Below, piece after piece: positions 60,601 to 64,000 of a stretch of DNA of 64,000 nucleotides (positions are counted from its first letter, which is position 1; the number at the start of each line of letters is the position of its first letter). The stretch comes from Calditrichales bacterium (GTDB taxonomy: Bacteria; Calditrichota; Calditrichia; Calditrichales; J004): assembly GCA_965267575.1 (NCBI GenBank), contig OZ254086.1, forward strand, positions 4,160,001-4,224,000, written 5' to 3'. A program made the translations under genes and the position numbers. Under the pieces are notes generated by a model that had not been told where the DNA came from, did not search any database, and saw nothing but the letters and a program-made list of their open reading frames with translations.

Positions 60601-60714
60601 CCAGTCAAACTCTTTATACTGAACCTTGTTTTGCCCAAAGCCTTGCGCGAAAAGCGGCAATGCGCACAAGAGCGAACTCAATACAATAAATTTTATGGCA
60701 AAACGTCTAAACAT
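57631..60714 (-). CDS. Gluzincin peptidase (MA) - PD40/TolB-like propeller - Omp85/BamA-type barrel fusion protein
   Basis: FGQNKVQY, HELVH...WFSEGLAEY, repeated PAWS/SPDG WD40-like units, PLRG, NAEFRFP, C-terminal YFSIGIDF. Confidence 0.8.
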   Translation of the reverse strand: MFRRFAIKFIVLSSLLCALPLFAQGFGQNKVQYKEFDWHFLQTEHFDIYFYPGSYDIAVFAANVGEDAYKLLKRDFNYELAERVSIILYKSHNDFQQTNVVNVYLSEGIGGVTELFKNRVVVPFEGSWEQFRHVIHHELVHAVMNDMLYGGSIQSLVSGQVAPVPLWFSEGLAEYLSLRWDTKLDMVVRDATITGYLPSIPLLNYYLAYQGGASLFRYIAEKYGNEKIGEILHKIKGSFRFDSAFKSALGIDLEELSENWRKEMRKEYWPDIADRQETGDFARALTDHKETRSFLNISPALSPSGDKLAFLSNMGGKQSIYVMDVLNPKEPEKIIQGETDVDFEELHWLSPGMGWSPDATRIALSAKAGDQDALYVYDVFTEETKQFKFGLDGIFSAAWSPAGEQIAFIGNINGASDVYIYDVRTEELQRLTDDMFSDSYPAWSQDGKKIAFVSDRGQYLSMEEVPEDFKISTHQYLNHDIYFADVETGEITRVTDTENFNETDPVFSPDGNKMLYVSDRNGIYNIYVHDLKSAESYPISNLLTGAFQLSIDKSGQTLAFSSFSEGGWDVFMVKNPFEMPAQELENTVYFKKLEDKSSLLSTVNELAEEETVQDTLKEKVAIPKTTDFSNYVFADLDRRTQKKPEDITLDEEDYKRDDGNYKVRNYRVKFSPDIVNGQAQYNTLWGFQGFTQIAYSDVLGNHRIYLGTNLVFDLRNSYIAAQYWYLPKRIDYGVNAYHFANTYVTRSTGVTRFRNYGASFIASRPFNKFTRADFSLNFVNAQLEFLSGTPEGYQGRTKVSGLLPSLQLVHDTAEWWYTGPGDGFRGALSITASPKYTESSFEFTTVKTDLRKYVKLAQNYRLAFRYTGGISLGAQPQQFFLGGTENWLNRRFNGGLERRLDSIEEVYFSEFVTPLRGARFYEQIGTRFSLVNAEFRFPLIPYMELGLPPIRFGNIIGVAFTDIGSAWDDNSGFRGVRDGRTEDIFMGYGTGARIFLFGFLLKYDLAWQYDFQNSSRARHYFSIGIDF

Positions 60715-60799
60715 TGCTTACCTCCGAAATGGGCTCTAACTTTACGGTAGTTAAAACAGTTTAATTACCTTTTTATCCGTGAAAGTTATACATTTTAAA

Positions 60800-61165
60800 A
60801 TGAAATGTTACAAATATTTAACCACAGGCTTTTTTGTCTTCGTAGCTTGTACCTTTTTATGGCTTAGTTGTTCAAACGAACAACGCCCGGCAAACCAATC
60901 ATCGCCGATTGAACGCGAAAAACACGTGGCTTTACTGACGAAAATCATTACAATCTCCAATACGTCACAAAGCGACAGTGCTAAAGCGGCTATGATCAGT
61001 CATCTTCTGGACAGCAGTTCTGTTTCCATAGAACAACTCCAAAATGCGCGGTCGCATTTCCGCGAGGATAGCGAATATTGGCTTTCAGTTTACAAGGAAG
61101 TTCAGGATCGTCTTAAAAATAAAAACAGCAAGCAAAAACAGGACGAAAAAGCAGCGGCCGATTAG
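60800..61165 (+). CDS. Hypothetical small lipoprotein
   Basis: Hydrophobic signal with WLSC lipobox, helical body. ATG at 60800 in frame with the ORF-track start 60779. Confidence 0.55.
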   Translation: MKCYKYLTTGFFVFVACTFLWLSCSNEQRPANQSSPIEREKHVALLTKIITISNTSQSDSAKAAMISHLLDSSSVSIEQLQNARSHFREDSEYWLSVYKEVQDRLKNKNSKQKQDEKAAAD

Positions 61166-63105
61166 AGCTTTTTATATAGATACCGTATCCACAAATACAT
61201 AGCCGAAGAAGGCAGAAAATCTCTCATCCCTGCCTGAATACTCTGTTCTTCATCAGAAACCACTTCCGGGAAATAGTCGATAATGCCATAATCGAGAAGA
61301 CGCGGAGACACATCAAGAAAAGTTTTTAATTTTTCCGCAAGGTCTTTGTCGTGCCCCATCCGCCGGTAAACCGCTTCCGCGAACAGCCCCATCGCCCACG
61401 GCCAGATCGCTCCATTAAAATATGCGGGCTTTTTGCGTGTTATCAGTTTCAGATCCGCGTTATCCGCTATTTTTTCCACGGCGCTTTTCAGACCATAAGG
61501 CGTATATAATTTCGCTGTAATCTGTTCCATCGCGTCTTGCGTTTCTTCCTGGTTCAACGGTGTAAAAGGCAGGCAAACCAGCAATATCTGGTTGATTCGA
61601 AAATCGTCGCCGGACGCGTTATGATTCACGAAATCCTTAAAACTACCCTTTTCGTTCTTGAACGTTTTTGCAAAAGATTTTTCAAATTTGGCACATTTAC
61701 GATCAAATTTTGTACTCCAGCGCTTCTTGCCCAGCACACCGGCAAAATGCGAAAGCACCTTTAATGCATTGTACCATAAAAGATTAATTTCCAGAAGCTT
61801 GCCGTAGCGCAGCACTTCGTTATGGCCGTTTTTTAAAGGTATCCAGCTCGTGCTTGCATTCTTACTGCCCGAAAATATCAGGCCATCCTTGTCGCAAAAA
61901 ATATTAAAAAGTGTACCTTTCTCATAAAACTCAAAAACGCTCTTCAGGGTATCATAGTGCTTCTCGACGAACTCCTTATCGTCGCTTTCTTCAAAATAGA
62001 GATAAGCCATGTGAATAAACCACAGGCTTAGATCGGCGGCACAATAGTGAAAATTAGGGCGCATTAGAGGCGAATAAACAGGCAAAAGACCTTCCTGCAA
62101 CTGCTCAGCCAATGTATCAAAAAGTTCTCTGAAAGTATCGTGTTTTTGCTGCGCCAGATAAAGGCCGGGCATGGAAAACAGTATATCGCGCGTGGAGCAG
62201 CCGTTCTCCAGCGTTGAGGTGCTTACAACCGGCTGACCATGAATTTGCGTTGTCGCGCTTTTTGTTGTTGAAACTATTCTCAGCGAGGCTGTCTGCGAAT
62301 TATCCCGCGTTAACGGACGCTTTTTGGCTTCTTGCCGGAAAAGTGCTTCGTAATTCAGGTTCTCAAAATCAAGTTCTGCGGTGGAGATATAGAGCGTAAG
62401 CGATTTGTAGGGCAAAAGCGTAGCCTGAAAAAATCCGGGATTAAACAAATGCTCAGCGGATACTTCGAAGCGCGCCCGGTCTTGCGGGTAATGAAAGTTT
62501 TTATACCACAAATTAGCCGCCACGAACTCACCGCGATTATAATAGACATAAACTTCCGGTAGTTGCGGCTTAAGAGCCCAGCGCACAAAATTCTGTCCCT
62601 GATAGCTGTCAGTGTTCAGCCCTTGCATTTCGCTGGTCAATTCCGTGCTGTAGCGATCCGCGATAAAGGGCTTAATTATAATATTGATTGGCAGTCCCTG
62701 ATTTTTCAACTCATAACGCACCACCATCAGCGGATAATCACTGGCCAAAAAGACCGTTTTCTCAATTATCCTGTTTTCAACTTCAAAAAGCAGCCGCGGA
62801 AACGGCTTCATTGTAAAAGACTGAATATAGTTATAGCCGGAAGGGAAAATCCCGCCCTCATAATTATTTGTGGATATTTCGTAAAGACGGTTCTCAATAA
62901 AAACGGACTCTTCAAATTTGGAAATAAGAACGACGCTTTTTTGGCGGGAATAGTCAGGAGCCACAAAAATACCGTGTTCCCTCCGTGTGTTCATACCTAC
63001 GCAGCTGCTGGCACCATAAACACCAAGGTTGTTTTTTTCAAGCCACTCAACCTCGGAAGACTTATCTATATTTTCGATAAACTCCTTATTTAATACCAAA
63101 TCCAT
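61162..63105 (-). CDS. Glycogen-debranching enzyme (amylo-alpha-1,6-glucosidase) family protein, catalytically degenerate-looking
   Basis: EWLEKNNLGVY..SS...NTRREHG N-domain; D.SLWF; GKLLEINLLWYNAL; RINQI; TPYGLKS; YFNGAIWPW. Confidence 0.8.
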   Translation of the reverse strand: MDLVLNKEFIENIDKSSEVEWLEKNNLGVYGASSCVGMNTRREHGIFVAPDYSRQKSVVLISKFEESVFIENRLYEISTNNYEGGIFPSGYNYIQSFTMKPFPRLLFEVENRIIEKTVFLASDYPLMVVRYELKNQGLPINIIIKPFIADRYSTELTSEMQGLNTDSYQGQNFVRWALKPQLPEVYVYYNRGEFVAANLWYKNFHYPQDRARFEVSAEHLFNPGFFQATLLPYKSLTLYISTAELDFENLNYEALFRQEAKKRPLTRDNSQTASLRIVSTTKSATTQIHGQPVVSTSTLENGCSTRDILFSMPGLYLAQQKHDTFRELFDTLAEQLQEGLLPVYSPLMRPNFHYCAADLSLWFIHMAYLYFEESDDKEFVEKHYDTLKSVFEFYEKGTLFNIFCDKDGLIFSGSKNASTSWIPLKNGHNEVLRYGKLLEINLLWYNALKVLSHFAGVLGKKRWSTKFDRKCAKFEKSFAKTFKNEKGSFKDFVNHNASGDDFRINQILLVCLPFTPLNQEETQDAMEQITAKLYTPYGLKSAVEKIADNADLKLITRKKPAYFNGAIWPWAMGLFAEAVYRRMGHDKDLAEKLKTFLDVSPRLLDYGIIDYFPEVVSDEEQSIQAGMRDFLPSSAMYLWIRYLYKKL

Positions 63106-63226
63106 TGGCGCCCTTTTAACGCAGCTTTTTCAAAATGTTATGTTGGGGTTACGGAAGGATTTTGTGCTTCCCTGATCGAAGCGCAAAAATTTAATATTAA
63201 TTATTTACAGAAAAAAGCCAAATTGG

Positions 63227-63562
63227 TTAAAAGCTGTTTATGGCTTCATCTGAACTGTCGTAAATGTCAAATATCCGGTAGAGCCGGGTTAACTCAAACA
63301 TAGCTCTTACCGGTGGCTGCAAGCCGGCGATTTTAAGATCACCACTTTTCATGGTTGCCTTTTTCAGGCCTGCCACAAGTGCACCCAGGAAAGAACTGTC
63401 CACAAATTCGGAAGCGCTTAAATCAATAACGACGTTATTCATTCCATCATCAATCTTCTTAAGCAATTCTTCTTTCAATTGGCCGCTTATATCTACCGTA
63501 GCCCTTTTTTCTTCCACTTTTACAACCAGAACGTCGTTACTTTCCTCAAATTTGTAGCTCAT
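63227..63562 (-). CDS. STAS-domain anti-sigma factor antagonist (RsbV/SpoIIAA-like)
   Basis: VVIDLSASEFVDSSFLGALV, FELTRL. Confidence 0.9.
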   Translation of the reverse strand: MSYKFEESNDVLVVKVEEKRATVDISGQLKEELLKKIDDGMNNVVIDLSASEFVDSSFLGALVAGLKKATMKSGDLKIAGLQPPVRAMFELTRLYRIFDIYDSSDEAINSF

Positions 63563-63636
63563 TCTTTTCCCCCTTAATTCTTTTTAAAAAAATCATTGCC
63601 ATATATTCGGAGTTCATGGACAAAAGTGAACATTTT

Positions 63637-63999
63637 TTATGTATTGTTGCCCATTTTCTGCTCTTGTGCCATCCGTGCCAGATAGTAAAGTGGATTCTCC
63701 GGCAGGCGGATATCAAATACCCTGTTAAAACGCTCCACAGAAGCCACAAAGCGCACAACTTCTTCGCTGCGGGCCGGTTCTACGTGGATTTCAAAATCTA
63801 CCTGACTGATATCTTTAAGCGCATGGGCCAGTTCAAAAAGTGTGGTTCCCTTTCCGCTGCCCACATTTACGGGCCCGCTTAGCAGCTCCCTGTTTTTGGC
63901 CGATTGTATTAATGCCTCGATTATGATTTCTATAGAAACGAAATCAATCACCTGTTTGCCGCCAAAAATGGTAAGGTCTTTACCTTGCCGGATATTTTC
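63637..63999 (-). CDS. NAD-dependent epimerase/dehydratase, 3' part only (truncated by window edge)
   Basis: Frame open to the window end: GKDLTIFGGKQVIDFVSI...PVNVGSGKGTTLFELA...PARSEEVVRFVAS. Confidence 0.75.
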   Translation of the reverse strand, partial: ENIRQGKDLTIFGGKQVIDFVSIEIIIEALIQSAKNRELLSGPVNVGSGKGTTLFELAHALKDISQVDFEIHVEPARSEEVVRFVASVERFNRVFDIRLPENPLYYLARMAQEQKMGNNT

Positions 64000-64000
64000 T

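Noticed and set aside
63160..63189. Hairpin ttttgtgcttc-cctgatc-gaagcgcaaaa as a terminator
   Set aside because: Stem is mismatched on the transcribed (minus) strand and has no U-tract after it; too weak to call.
1..64000. tRNA, rRNA, riboswitch, prophage or integrase genes
   Set aside because: None recognised by eye; intergenic regions are short, and a covariance-model search would be needed to exclude small RNAs (e.g. 48190-48430).

Overview
Bacterial chromosomal window. The gene content suggests an FCB-superphylum organism, probably Calditrichota-like (inference from the YPNPFNPST/FlgD-Ig secretion tail, GWxTD protein, peptidase-PD40-Omp85 fusion and futalosine MqnA). Bases 1-30 kb are the 3' end of a large NRPS cluster: three NRPS genes carrying 7 visible modules, with hand-read A-domain codes giving ...D-Asn-X-Phe-Orn-Asn-Tyr-Tyr-TE. 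Downstream lie an MFS exporter, MbtH, type II thioesterase, Sfp PPTase and two paralogous PAPS-type sulfotransferases, which suggests a sulfated peptide. A DUF559 nuclease gene flanked by REP-like hairpin repeats sits between two NRPS genes, and a 1.3-kb A-core segment occurs twice in near-identical form. Bases 30-37 kb hold a four-gene signalling operon (lipoprotein, GAF-sigma54 activator, membrane Ser/Thr kinase with PEGA domains, exported/membrane protein). It is followed by a sigma54 promoter with candidate enhancer and IHF sites in front of a large secreted protein. Bases 37-64 kb are mostly housekeeping: OmpR-family two-component system, GWxTD protein, rimO, ftsY, UbiA family, purF, ridA, a DnaA-box region and a stand-alone dnaA, mqnA, RmlC-like, UDPGP-type pyrophosphorylase, PP2C phosphatase, mlaEF, Omp85 fusion, a degenerate glycogen-debranching-like protein, STAS protein and a partial epimerase. 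All calls come from motif recognition by eye; no database searches were run.
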